Below are positions 34,533 to 44,311 of a stretch of 64,000 nucleotides of DNA, piece by piece. This stretch comes from a bacterium (GTDB lineage: Bacteria; Patescibacteriota; Microgenomatia; Levybacterales; UBA12049). Within the stretch, counting starts at the first letter, position 1. Each line of letters opens with the position of its first letter. Below the pieces are notes generated by a model. It saw nothing but the letters and a program-made list of their open reading frames with translations. It was not told the DNA's origin and did no database searches. The DNA is taken from assembly GCA_021791545.1 (NCBI GenBank), contig JAJYWL010000007.1:3972-67971 (forward strand), given 5' to 3'. Position numbers and translations under genes: made by a program.

Positions 34533-36155
34533 ATGGAAAATGCAAAAGAAAAAATTTACTCAATACTTGAGAATTTGCTTCAAAATCTTAATATTGAAGA
34601 CGTAAAGATTATCGTAGAAAGACCCCATGATTTGGTCAACGGAGATTATTCATCAAATATTGCCCTTTTAGCTTCGAAAAAATTAAATATTTCACCAATG
34701 GAATTGGCACAAGAGTTGGTAGACGGTTTTGGAAAAAGTGAAATATTCGAAAAAATAGAGATTGCTACACCTGGCTTTATCAATTTTTATCTTTCAAAAA
34801 AGTATCTGCAAAGTCAGACAGAGAAAATTGTACTTGAAGGTAAAGAATATGGAAAATCAAAAAAAGGAAAAGGAAAAAGGGCGAGTGTCGAGTTTGTTTC
34901 GGCAAACCCAACAGGACCGTTACATATAGGTAACGCAAGGGGAGGGCCTTTAGGAGATACGTTGGCAAATGTTTTGGAAAAGGCTGGATACGAAGTAACA
35001 AGAGAATATCTTCACAATAACGTCGGAGGTCAGGTAGAAAGACTTGGAGAGACGATATATTTTGAAATTCACCCCGACCAAAAACCCGAGGATTATGTTG
35101 CACATTATCCCGGAGAATACGTCAAAGACCTGGCAAATTTAGTTAAAGAGCAGCTCGAAGGATCTGAGCAATATGAAGAACTTTCACAAGAGCAATTTAT
35201 AGAAAAAGCAGGGGAAATAGCAGTCGAGATAATGCTTCAAGATATCCTAAGAGACTGTAAGGACATGGGAATTGTCTACGATAAGGTAGTTAAAGAATCA
35301 GATCTCAGAAGGCAAGTTCCACAGGTCTTAGAAAAAATACATAAGTACTTAAAAGAAAATGAAGGAGCTCTTTGGTTTGCTCCCAATGATGAATTCCTAA
35401 AAGATAGAGAAACAGTAGTCAAAAAATCAGACGGAGAATATACATATTTTGCTTCGGATATTGCATATCATAATGATAAGATGTCTCAAAATGATCTTGC
35501 AATTGATGTTTTGGGCTCAAATCACAGTGGACATGTTCCAAGGCTTCAGGCCGCAGTAAAAGCATTAGGATATGATCCTGATAACTTCAAAACCATTCTA
35601 TATCAATTCGTAAGGCTTAAAAGAGGAGATGAAGTAGTCAGAATGGGAAAAAGATTTGGAAATATCATTACTTCAAAGGAGGTATTGGATGAAGTAGGGA
35701 AAGATGCCTTCAGATTTTTTCTCCTTATGCCTAAAAACTCTACCCACATGGATTTTGATCTTGAACTTGCCAAAAAACAGGCAACCGAAAATCCAGTCTT
35801 TTATGTCCAATACGCTCATTCAAGAATATCAAGTATATTCAGTAAAGCTCAGAACTATAACTTTAGCAATGCAAAGTATGAACTGCTAACAACTAACGAA
35901 GAGGTTGATCTGATAAGGAAATTGATAGTTTTCCCGGAATTAATTGAAGAAATTTCTGACTCTTTTGCCGTGAATAGTTTAACTACGTATGCGATGGAGA
36001 TTGCAACCGCTTTTCATAAGTTTTATGAGGCAGAAAAAGTAATAACAGACGTTAAAGAAGAGTCGGAAGCTCGTCTTGCTCTTATCAAGGCAACACAGGC
36101 CGTTCTTAAAAATACTTTAGATCTTTTGGGAGTTTCTGCTCCCGAAAGAATGTAA
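34533..36155 (+). CDS. argS: Arginine--tRNA ligase
   Basis: GDYSSNIA, PGFINF, VEFVSANPTGPLHIGN, YFASDIAYH, NPVFYVQYAHSR, C-terminal LGVSAPERM; start inferred at 34533. Confidence 0.97.
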   Translation: MENAKEKIYSILENLLQNLNIEDVKIIVERPHDLVNGDYSSNIALLASKKLNISPMELAQELVDGFGKSEIFEKIEIATPGFINFYLSKKYLQSQTEKIVLEGKEYGKSKKGKGKRASVEFVSANPTGPLHIGNARGGPLGDTLANVLEKAGYEVTREYLHNNVGGQVERLGETIYFEIHPDQKPEDYVAHYPGEYVKDLANLVKEQLEGSEQYEELSQEQFIEKAGEIAVEIMLQDILRDCKDMGIVYDKVVKESDLRRQVPQVLEKIHKYLKENEGALWFAPNDEFLKDRETVVKKSDGEYTYFASDIAYHNDKMSQNDLAIDVLGSNHSGHVPRLQAAVKALGYDPDNFKTILYQFVRLKRGDEVVRMGKRFGNIITSKEVLDEVGKDAFRFFLLMPKNSTHMDFDLELAKKQATENPVFYVQYAHSRISSIFSKAQNYNFSNAKYELLTTNEEVDLIRKLIVFPELIEEISDSFAVNSLTTYAMEIATAFHKFYEAEKVITDVKEESEARLALIKATQAVLKNTLDLLGVSAPERM

Positions 36156-36230
36156 TTTTCTCCATGAAATTGTCCCAGAGTGTTTTAGGCCTCTAGCAAT
36201 CAACTCTAAAACCTGCTATATTAATTTCCT

Positions 36231-37505
36231 ATGAACCACCAAGGAAAAGTACTTAAAAATGGCCTCAAGGTAATCACGATTCCTATGCCTTCCTTCGAAA
36301 GCGCAACGGTCTTGGTAATGGTTGGAGCAGGCTCCAGATATGAAACAAGACAAAATAACGGTATTTCACACTTTTTAGAGCATATGGCTTTTAAAGGTAC
36401 CGAGAAAAGACCTTCCGCTTTGGATATTGCCGAACTTATAGACGGAATAGGCGGGGAGTTCAATGCATTTACAGGAAAAGAAACAACCGGGTATTATGTT
36501 AAATCGGGAAATAAATATGTAGGACTTTGCCTCGATATCCTCTCAGACATGCTCCAGCATTCAAAACTTGAACAGGCCGAAATAGACAAAGAAAGAGGAG
36601 TAATAATAGAGGAAATTAATCTTTATGAAGATACTCCTGCAAGAAAGATAGGAGATATTTACGAAAGACTTCTTTACGGAGATACTCCGATGGGTTGGGA
36701 TATAGCAGGAGAAAAAGATGTAATTCAAAAGATAAACAGGGAAGATTTTGTCAGCTATATGGGAAGCCTATATAGTCCAAGCAATATGACAGTAGTTGTG
36801 GCAGGCGGAGTTGAAGCTCCTAAAGTTGAGGAAATGACTGAAAAATACTTCGGAGAAATGAAGTCTTTCGATACAGTAGGATATAAAGAAGTAGTAGATA
36901 AACAGGATAAGCCCGAAGTAATGGTAAGACAAAAACAGACAGAACAAGTCCATTTTTCAATTGGCTTTAGAACAGTAAGTTTATTTAATCCTAACAAATA
37001 TGCATTAGCGGTTTTAGCTTCAATCTTGGGTGGAGGAATGAGCTCAAGATTGTTCCATGAGATAAGAGAAAGAAGAGGATTAGCATATTATGTCAGAACA
37101 ACTTCGGATCAGTATGTAGACGCCGGAAACTTGGCAACCGTAGCAGGAGTAGATCCCAAGAGAGTAGACGATGCCATACAGGTTGTTGTAGAAGAGTATA
37201 AGAAGTTCTCCGAAGGAAAAGGAAACGTGACAGAAAAAGAACTCACAAAAGCAAAAGAATTCATAAAAGGCCATTTGGTTTTGGAACTTGAAGATTCAAG
37301 ATCGGTAGCAGGGTTTTATGCCCAGCAGGAAATCTTGGAAAAATCTATAGAAAATCCGGATGAACTTATGAAAAAGATTGATGAAGTTAAAGTAGAAGAT
37401 GTAGAAAGAGTAGCTAAGGAATTCTTTAAATTAAATACATTAAATCTCGCGTTAATAGGTAATTTTGACGATAGACAAAGATTTGAAAACTTGCTAAAAT
37501 TCTAA
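36231..37505 (+). CDS. M16B family zinc peptidase
   Basis: HFLEHMAFKGT (HxxEH), NAFTGKE, LGGGMSSRLFHEIRERRGLAY. Confidence 0.95.
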   Translation: MNHQGKVLKNGLKVITIPMPSFESATVLVMVGAGSRYETRQNNGISHFLEHMAFKGTEKRPSALDIAELIDGIGGEFNAFTGKETTGYYVKSGNKYVGLCLDILSDMLQHSKLEQAEIDKERGVIIEEINLYEDTPARKIGDIYERLLYGDTPMGWDIAGEKDVIQKINREDFVSYMGSLYSPSNMTVVVAGGVEAPKVEEMTEKYFGEMKSFDTVGYKEVVDKQDKPEVMVRQKQTEQVHFSIGFRTVSLFNPNKYALAVLASILGGGMSSRLFHEIRERRGLAYYVRTTSDQYVDAGNLATVAGVDPKRVDDAIQVVVEEYKKFSEGKGNVTEKELTKAKEFIKGHLVLELEDSRSVAGFYAQQEILEKSIENPDELMKKIDEVKVEDVERVAKEFFKLNTLNLALIGNFDDRQRFENLLKF

Positions 37506-37512
37506 AAAGTAT

Positions 37513-38064
37513 ATGGAAAGAACCTTAGTAATATTAAAACCCGATGCCGTAAAAAAACATGTAATGGGTGAAATCCTCACAAGATTTGAAAAAGTCGGCC
37601 TCAAAGTTGTTGCAATGAAGTTTCTTATTGCTAAAAGAGATCTTATCGAAAGACATTATCCAGAAGATAGAGAAGAACTTTGGGTGGGTATAGGAAATAA
37701 AACCCTTGAAAACTACAGAGATTTGGAAATGGATCCGGTAGAATCTCTTGGAACAAGTGATGCCAGAGAGATAGGGAAAATGGTAAGAGTCTGGCTTATG
37801 GATTACATTATGGACGGACCTGTTCTAGCTATGGTCTTGGAATCACCTCATGCTGTAGAATTAGTAAGAAAAATGGTAGGACACACGCTTCCTTTGGTTT
37901 CCGCTCCCGGAACAATTAGAGGAGATTATGCATACGATTCATCCTACCTTGCAAATAGCAATAAAAGAGCAATAGAAAATCTTGTTCATGCATCAGGAAC
38001 AGTAGACGAGGCTAAATACGAAATTCCACTTTGGTTTAGCGAAGACGAGATCCACAATTGGTAA
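37513..38064 (+). CDS. ndk: Nucleoside diphosphate kinase
   Basis: MERTLVILKPDAV, APGTIRGD, ENLVHAS (catalytic His). Confidence 0.95.
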   Translation: MERTLVILKPDAVKKHVMGEILTRFEKVGLKVVAMKFLIAKRDLIERHYPEDREELWVGIGNKTLENYRDLEMDPVESLGTSDAREIGKMVRVWLMDYIMDGPVLAMVLESPHAVELVRKMVGHTLPLVSAPGTIRGDYAYDSSYLANSNKRAIENLVHASGTVDEAKYEIPLWFSEDEIHNW

Positions 38065-38089
38065 AATTTAAGCCTTAAAAGCAGCTTTA

Positions 38090-38671
38090 TTAAGAGAAAA
38101 TTATTTTTTCTACTTTATTTATTACGCTCGCTAAGTCTGTTGAATTGTCTACAAATCTAAGTGGAATTTTGTTGTCTTTTGAAATTCTTTTAGCAAAATT
38201 GATCGAAATATCTTGACTTTGTTTTATTCTCTCTAACAAACTGCAGTCTTTTCTTATGAGGTTTTTTAATCTTCTTGGAAGATTAGTACGATCTGACGTT
38301 AATCTTTCTAGGATTGAATTTGGACTGGATTTTAAATAAATTAATGATTTAAAATTTTTTATCCATTCTTTTTCAATAACTGATTTGACCCCATTTTTAG
38401 TAAAAAGAACAAAATGTCCGTCTAATATAGCTATTGTAGATTCTAATGAAGATAATTTAGAGAAGATTTCAATTCTCCCTTTTTCTTGTTGTTTGTCTGA
38501 AATTCTGCCTAAATCAAGCTGATCGTGGCAATTAAAGTGATTCATTAAAGCTTGAGAGCCGTAGATAGGGGTAATTCTTTCATCATTTATTGCTAATTCT
38601 CTAGTAACTGATGATTTACCTGATCCTGTTATGCCCCCTATAAAGAAGAGGGCAGGCTTAATTTGTTCCAT
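38090..38671 (-). CDS. P-loop nucleoside monophosphate kinase-like protein (archaeal adenylate-kinase-like)
   Basis: Walker A GGITGSGKS, ILDGH, YLKSSPNSILERLTSDR lid-like motif. Confidence 0.75.
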   Translation of the reverse strand: MEQIKPALFFIGGITGSGKSSVTRELAINDERITPIYGSQALMNHFNCHDQLDLGRISDKQQEKGRIEIFSKLSSLESTIAILDGHFVLFTKNGVKSVIEKEWIKNFKSLIYLKSSPNSILERLTSDRTNLPRRLKNLIRKDCSLLERIKQSQDISINFAKRISKDNKIPLRFVDNSTDLASVINKVEKIIFS

Positions 38672-39251
38672 TTATTTGTTTAATATATTTCTTAAAAACG
38701 CTATCGATGGTTTTAATATTGAATTTTTTGTTTCCATATTTTTTCATCCATGCCCAATAAGTTTTTAGTTCATCCTCATTTAAGCTTGTTATTCCGAGGG
38801 TTTTTGCTAGCTTATTTAATCTAGTAATTGAAGCTGTCTCTTTAAGAGTTTCTATTTCCCAACAGAAAATCTTATTGTCACATTCAGTAAATTTCACTTC
38901 TTCACCATTAATTTGAAATATCCAGTCTTGACAATTAGCAACTGCCGCTTCTTTGAAGCCAAGTGTATATACAAAAAAAATGCTTGGGATAAACTGCTCC
39001 GCAGTTATCTTTATTGAGTATTCTTCTCTCGTATTTCCTTCATGTTTCCCTTTTTTGAGTACTATTTCTCCATTCAAATTATGGAGTCTTACTTGTAAGT
39101 CAATTCCTTTTTCGTTACCTGAAGTGAAGAGAATGGAAAGCCTTTTTCTTTGTTGCCATTTAGGGGAAATAGCACTTAATTTAGCTAAAACCTCATACAT
39201 TTCTTTCCTGTTTTTAAATTTTCCTCTTATTTCTTTTTCAGTTTTTTTCAT
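38658..39251 (-). CDS. CYTH (triphosphate tunnel metalloenzyme) domain protein
   Basis: N-terminal EKEIRG (ExExK/R), LQVR, VLKKG, REEYSI, WEIE. Confidence 0.7.
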   Translation of the reverse strand: MKKTEKEIRGKFKNRKEMYEVLAKLSAISPKWQQRKRLSILFTSGNEKGIDLQVRLHNLNGEIVLKKGKHEGNTREEYSIKITAEQFIPSIFFVYTLGFKEAAVANCQDWIFQINGEEVKFTECDNKIFCWEIETLKETASITRLNKLAKTLGITSLNEDELKTYWAWMKKYGNKKFNIKTIDSVFKKYIKQINGTN

Positions 39252-39873
39252 TTAAATACTTTTTAGATTCTTTTAAGAGCCTCTCTACGGTTTCAATGTC
39301 TTTCTCATATATATGAGCAGAGGAAACCATAAATTTCATTTGTCCTAATGGATATCCTGTTGCTTTTGCTATTTTTTTATGTAGATAGTGAATTGCGATA
39401 AAATTCGCATAACTTCTTGTCACATTTTGAGATCTAAAGAATCCTGTTAAATGAAGCCTTCCTTCTCTTACTTTAATATCTATTAAGCTTAGGCACGGTA
39501 TTCTTGGTCCAGGATCATTGGGCAAAAGAAGACTGATGGTAGCAGCTTTTGTTTCTGGTTTTGATTTTAATCTTTTGACAATCCAATCTATCTGATCTAT
39601 TCCTAATTGATCGTACAATCTTTTCCCGTAAGAAGAGTTTAGTTCGGGGACTATTTCCGTAGTTTCCATTTTTTTTCTATATAAGCTAACTAATTTTTTA
39701 TCTCCCAATTCTTTAAATATCTTATCATTTGGGTCGAATGTATTAAATACTAGGAAAACATCTGTTAATTCTTTTATCTTTTCTTCTTCATCATGAAATT
39801 TACTTCCGTAATCTAAGACGTTTTTACAATAATTTATCCAGTTTCTTCCACCAGAACCTCTTATTGTTAACAT
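39238..39873 (-). CDS. Compact, divergent thymidylate-synthase-fold protein
   Basis: SYGKRL...DQIDWIVKRLK, IPCL (catalytic Cys), FRSQN, YANF, SSAHIYE; only 211 aa. Confidence 0.8.
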   Translation of the reverse strand: MLTIRGSGGRNWINYCKNVLDYGSKFHDEEEKIKELTDVFLVFNTFDPNDKIFKELGDKKLVSLYRKKMETTEIVPELNSSYGKRLYDQLGIDQIDWIVKRLKSKPETKAATISLLLPNDPGPRIPCLSLIDIKVREGRLHLTGFFRSQNVTRSYANFIAIHYLHKKIAKATGYPLGQMKFMVSSAHIYEKDIETVERLLKESKKYLNEKN

Positions 39874-39903
39874 ATAATGTGTATATCATACACATTATAT
39901 GTT
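39869..39903. promoter_or_regulatory. Perfect 16-bp inverted repeat (candidate operator) over the TS-like start codon and promoter
   Basis: AACATATAATGTGTAT-atc-ATACACATTATATGTT; TTGACA on the minus strand at 39903-39908. Confidence 0.65.
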
Positions 39904-39998
39904 GTCAAGTGGTACTTTTTCTATCTTAATTTTCAGATATAATATGCACACGAAGTACATATTGATTTTATATTTTCTTTCAGATATCATTTTGTTGT

Positions 39999-40589
39999 AT
40001 GAAGGTATTTTTTGCAGCTTCAACTTCTCAGTTTGATAAATATTTTCCTATTTATAAACAGATTTGTAGTACTATAAAATCAAGAGGACATACATTAACT
40101 AGAGATTGGATTGATGAAGCAAAAGAAGTTCTGGAAAAAGATTTAAGAGTTGATTATGAGGAAATGTATGAAGATATTATGGCTTCTATTTTATATGCTG
40201 ATGTTGGGATAGTGGAGGGTACAGTTAAGGGTTTAAGTACTGGTCATCAAATGACTATTGCTCTTCAGAAAGGAAAGCCTCTTCTTTTTTTGCACCAGGG
40301 AAGCGGAGAAGATAAATTCCCCTTTATTGTTCAAGGAGTCCATTCTGAGCTTTTTGTAGATAAGCAATATAAAGATCCAAGTGAAATTCCGGCACTCATA
40401 AAAGAATTTTTGGAATTGAATAAGAGAGGAAAAAAGGTAAGATTTAATTTAGTTTTAACAGCAAAAGAAGAGAAATATGTTGAATGGGCTTCTTTTGTTT
40501 ATAAAAAAACTAAGACAGATATAATCAGGGAATTAATTACTGCAAGAATGGAGACGGATTTAAATTATAAAAAAGCAAATAAGAAGTAA
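39999..40589 (+). CDS. Nucleoside 2-deoxyribosyltransferase/RCL-like domain fused to a C-terminal ribbon-helix-helix; putative nucleotide-sensing regulator
   Basis: MKVFFAAS...ADVGIVEGT...STGHQMTIAL..GKPLLFL (NDT fold; Gln at the usual catalytic Glu), then VRFNLVLT...YVEWAS...TKTDIIRELI (RHH-like). Confidence 0.7.
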   Translation: MKVFFAASTSQFDKYFPIYKQICSTIKSRGHTLTRDWIDEAKEVLEKDLRVDYEEMYEDIMASILYADVGIVEGTVKGLSTGHQMTIALQKGKPLLFLHQGSGEDKFPFIVQGVHSELFVDKQYKDPSEIPALIKEFLELNKRGKKVRFNLVLTAKEEKYVEWASFVYKKTKTDIIRELITARMETDLNYKKANKK

Positions 40590-40623
40590 TTTCTTCAGTC
40601 TTTGGGTTTTTGGGTATTATAAA

Positions 40624-41787
40624 TTATTCTTCAGGATCTTCGGAGTGAACTCTAGTATAGAGAATAGCTAGTCTTTTTATTGGTTCGCTTTTCATTGCTT
40701 CAGCGGTTTCTGTAATTCTGTTTGGGGATGGGATTGCCTTTAATACTTCGGTTACAGCTTCAATTTGTCCAATTGATGCTAAATACTCCAAGTGGGAGAC
40801 TAGTTCTTTATCAAGAAACATTGGAAGATATTCCTGAATAATGGGATCTTGAAGCCTTGCTTTGTAGTCTTTTTTTGGTTTTACATTTCTATTTTTGTCA
40901 TAATCATAATGTTCGTCAAATCTTAATGATTCTTCGTCTGTAAAATCAGGGCCAATTACTTCGTCAAAATACGGCCTCACAAGTTTAGCTATGTCTTGTT
41001 TTGAAACCCCCAAGGCTTGTCTATCTGTATTTATTCTACCCACAAAATCGGCATATCTATCTAATGCCTCATCTGATAGATAGCGTAAATCAAAATCAAA
41101 TTTTCTACCTTCACCATTGACTCTTTCTAATACTTTTAATCCGTCAGCAGTGCCTGTTGGATCCAAGTCTTTATAATTTTTCGTTAGAACATTATCAACA
41201 ACTCTAAAAGAGTGTCCTCCGTTGATTCCTACTCGCATGTCAGCAAGTTCTTCCCAAAATCTTCCATTGTTGAGTCTTCTTCTTAGTTGAGGGCTAATCC
41301 TGTCTGCAAACATTGATCCCGGTTTTTCAACAATTTGGCTATGTGCAATGCTAAATGGTCTTTGACTGCCTGGAGCAAAAACAGTACCTTCGGGGGCGCT
41401 AAATACCATTTCCATATATATTCCGAACAGATCCTGTAACTGTTCCTCTGTGAAATTCTCTTTTGCCCAAGTCCTTGATTTTTCTCTTTCTTGATCCCAC
41501 TCAGACTTTGGAAGGCCATTTGCAAAAGTAGGAATTCCTTCATAGCTTACTTGTCCGTCAATTCTATCCATAATTCCCCAGAATCTTCCGTCTTTGATGT
41601 CTCTAAAAAGCCATGCGACACTTAAATCATCTTTTGCTTCTGGGTGTTGCTCATAATAGGAATCCATGAACTGGTTGGCTTGAGGGAAAGCGGAATCTTT
41701 CTGAGGAAGACTTCTTAGGTGTTCCCATTGAAGGGAGTCATGTGTTGGTGGCCATACTCTTTGTGTTGTTCTTTCCGGTGTTGTCAT
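40624..41787 (-). CDS. Hypothetical soluble protein
   Basis: 387-aa ORF with ordinary composition; no family recognised. Confidence 0.7.
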   Translation of the reverse strand: MTTPERTTQRVWPPTHDSLQWEHLRSLPQKDSAFPQANQFMDSYYEQHPEAKDDLSVAWLFRDIKDGRFWGIMDRIDGQVSYEGIPTFANGLPKSEWDQEREKSRTWAKENFTEEQLQDLFGIYMEMVFSAPEGTVFAPGSQRPFSIAHSQIVEKPGSMFADRISPQLRRRLNNGRFWEELADMRVGINGGHSFRVVDNVLTKNYKDLDPTGTADGLKVLERVNGEGRKFDFDLRYLSDEALDRYADFVGRINTDRQALGVSKQDIAKLVRPYFDEVIGPDFTDEESLRFDEHYDYDKNRNVKPKKDYKARLQDPIIQEYLPMFLDKELVSHLEYLASIGQIEAVTEVLKAIPSPNRITETAEAMKSEPIKRLAILYTRVHSEDPEE

Positions 41788-41824
41788 ATTTATTTGGGGC
41801 AGTCAGAGGCAGTTAACTTATTAT

Positions 41825-42268
41825 CTATTTTTCTTTAACTTTGTCAATAAGTAAATCTTTTGAAAGGATAGCGGGAAGTAATAATAAAGCTGAAATTAGC
41901 TCCGAGAGAAGGCAATATTGGCAAAATGCATGTATTACAAAAATCTGAAGTAAAAGTAGCTGTAGGGAGACGATAAAGCCTACAAAGACAGTAAAGACTA
42001 ATGAACGCAAATACAACCTCTTGTAGTGGAATAGGCATAAGATGGAGAGAAATATTACTGCAAGGTAAAAAATAGACCCTAAAAGAGCAAGCGGAAATGG
42101 TCCTACGGTTGAATAAGTGCTTGTTAAGACAGTTTCACAGCCGGTCTTAAGCGTGCAGGGAGGTAAGACATTCCTGTAATGCATGATAGTAAGATAGGTA
42201 GAATCAAGGAATCCTAGAAACCCCAGAACTGCGGACAGCTGAAAAAGATTATTTCTTATTAAGTTCAT
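41825..42268 (-). CDS. Vitamin K epoxide reductase (VKOR) family disulfide-formation protein
   Basis: CTLKTGCETVLTS loop cysteines, CQYC motif, 4-5 TM helices; overlaps the dsbA-like gene. Confidence 0.92.
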   Translation of the reverse strand: MNLIRNNLFQLSAVLGFLGFLDSTYLTIMHYRNVLPPCTLKTGCETVLTSTYSTVGPFPLALLGSIFYLAVIFLSILCLFHYKRLYLRSLVFTVFVGFIVSLQLLLLQIFVIHAFCQYCLLSELISALLLLPAILSKDLLIDKVKEK

Positions 42269-42998
42269 TGTCAATCAACTGCTTGAAGGCATCGTAGCTC
42301 GTTGGATTACTTATTAATTTACCGTTTAGGATAAAGCTTGGTGTATATGTAATTCCTGCGTTATTTCCTTCGTCTTGTTCTGATCGTATAAAATTCTTTG
42401 TTTGATCCGAATTCATGTCTTCCTTGAACTTATTTACGTCTAAGTTCAATTTCTGGGCATATCCTACAAAAACACTCGTTGGATCGGAAAGATCTGCCCA
42501 ATCATTCTGGTTATTAAATAATAAATCTCCCATTTCCCAGAATTTTCCTTGTTTGTAGGCAGCGTATCCTGCTTGGGCTGAAATCATTGCATTTTGGTGG
42601 ATGTTGGTTAATGGGAAGAATCTGTAGACGAAGTATATTTTATTTCCGTAATCTGAAAGAAGCTGGTTAACAAGTGGATGAAAAGCTGCACAAGCAGGGC
42701 ATTGAAAGTCTGAATATTCTATTAGGGTTACTTTTGCGTTTTTATTTCCTCTTGTGACATCAGTTGAGGAAATAGGCTTTACGTTAATTGATGTTTGAGT
42801 CGGGGTGGTAGGGCTTGAAGAGCTTGTTGCAAAGAGGATGAGACCGCCTACGGATGCAATTATTATTGCAATAGCTCCTATCCATATGCCAATCTTTTTT
42901 AATCTTTGATTTTTTTGTTCCTGGGCTAACTTATCCTGCCATTCTTGTTTTCGAAGTACCTTTTTCTCTTTTTTGGTGAGTTTTTGTGTCTCTGCCAT
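42249..42998 (-). CDS. Membrane-anchored DsbA-family thiol-disulfide oxidoreductase
   Basis: TM helix, EYSDFQCPAC, YRFFPL, GITYTPSFILNG. Confidence 0.93.
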   Translation of the reverse strand: MAETQKLTKKEKKVLRKQEWQDKLAQEQKNQRLKKIGIWIGAIAIIIASVGGLILFATSSSSPTTPTQTSINVKPISSTDVTRGNKNAKVTLIEYSDFQCPACAAFHPLVNQLLSDYGNKIYFVYRFFPLTNIHQNAMISAQAGYAAYKQGKFWEMGDLLFNNQNDWADLSDPTSVFVGYAQKLNLDVNKFKEDMNSDQTKNFIRSEQDEGNNAGITYTPSFILNGKLISNPTSYDAFKQLIDNELNKK

Positions 42999-43041
42999 GC
43001 CAAATATCATCGCACAAGTTAATCTTTAATGCAAGAATGTA

Positions 43042-44112
43042 TTAATCTTTTCTTCTAAGATTTTGGGGGTAGCTTATTGAGGAGATAACTTTTTCTATGT
43101 CGCTTCTGTCTAATTGAACCAATTGATTTGGGGTATGAAAATCTTCTGTTTCTTTATGTTCTATTACTTCTCTGGGGGAGAGAAAATAAAGACTGGTGGT
43201 TTCCGGTCCGTTTTTGTCATTGATGTTTGTCAGAATAAGATCTGTATCTAGCCTTAACTGCTCAAGTCCCGGTATTTCGTCATTAACTCCCATTTGTTCT
43301 ATAGTTTTAGGAGTGGTTATTGTCCATTCCTGACCGTCTTCCGTATTAAATGATGCTACTCTTGCTTTCCCAAGCATTTCACGAAGCTTAATCCAGAGCC
43401 TTCTTCCCGGCTCTTTTGCTTCTTCTTGCGCTTCCTTACTTAGCGTAAGTCTTTCAAGTGCCTTTTCCTCAGGTTCTTCGGGTGGAATAGATCGAAATTT
43501 AGTATCTAAAGCCTGATTATTTGAAAGATCTTCAGAAATAGCTTTTATTCCAGTCTTTCCTAGCTCGACTTTTCTAAATGAAAGTTCGCTTTCTCTGATC
43601 GGTACGGTATGTATTCCTTTATCTGTCTGTATGAATGTAGGCCATTCAAGGTCGATAAGAAGAACACCCATCTTAGTTAAGAAGTAGTATTGTCTTATTT
43701 CGTATTCCGTAATTTTGCCGTATGGATTTATCTCTTCACCCTTACTTATTCTGACTAAAGCAGCTTCCGCATTTACAGGAGAAAGTCCAAGTTCTTGTGT
43801 TTCTTCTTTTCCGTATATTCTTATGACATCTCCGCGTTTATCGATTGCTTCCATGTGGGTTGAGTTTCCCAAAAGTCCTTCAACTTGGGTTTTGAGGCCT
43901 GATGCTGCCTCTACGGCTTCATTTCTGGCGTCTTTTTGTAAGAGAGTTATATCTGCCAGATCATTTGAGATATTTCTTCTCATTGCAAAAATGAGATATG
44001 TGTCGTTTATCATTCCAAGAGACTCTTGTGTTTCTTGATTTGTGTTTTTAGAGACGATTTTTTGTGCTTCAAGTACCGTAGGGGACTGATTTGCATCTAC
44101 AAACTCGGGCAT
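43042..44112 (-). CDS. Hypothetical protein with apparent internal two-fold repeat
   Basis: 356-aa ORF; no family recognised. Confidence 0.7.
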   Translation of the reverse strand: MPEFVDANQSPTVLEAQKIVSKNTNQETQESLGMINDTYLIFAMRRNISNDLADITLLQKDARNEAVEAASGLKTQVEGLLGNSTHMEAIDKRGDVIRIYGKEETQELGLSPVNAEAALVRISKGEEINPYGKITEYEIRQYYFLTKMGVLLIDLEWPTFIQTDKGIHTVPIRESELSFRKVELGKTGIKAISEDLSNNQALDTKFRSIPPEEPEEKALERLTLSKEAQEEAKEPGRRLWIKLREMLGKARVASFNTEDGQEWTITTPKTIEQMGVNDEIPGLEQLRLDTDLILTNINDKNGPETTSLYFLSPREVIEHKETEDFHTPNQLVQLDRSDIEKVISSISYPQNLRRKD

Positions 44113-44156
44113 AAAAATATTTTAAATGGTTGAGTAAACGGATGCAAGAAGAAAAG

Positions 44157-44228
44157 TCGGGGTGCCGGGAATTGGACCCGGTACCTCTCGGTCCCGAACC
44201 GAGCGTTCTACCGATGAACTACACCCCG
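44157..44228 (-). tRNA. tRNA-Pro(CGG)
   Basis: Reverse complement CGGGGTG...CACCCCG-A, anticodon arm CTCGG-TTCGGGA-CCGAG, T-arm CCGGG-TCCAATT-CCCGG. Confidence 0.9.
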
Positions 44229-44311
44229 TGGGATAATTTTATTGATTTTGATTTGAATATACAAACTTGTTCTTGATTGACAAGAAGGTCTCATTTGGTC
44301 ATAATTAAATT

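Noticed and set aside
39869-39903. dif (Xer) site
   Set aside because: It is superficially similar (…ATAATGT…ATTATATGTT), but it has perfect 16-bp arms with a 3-nt spacer rather than 11-6-11 geometry, and it overlaps a start codon beside a regulator.
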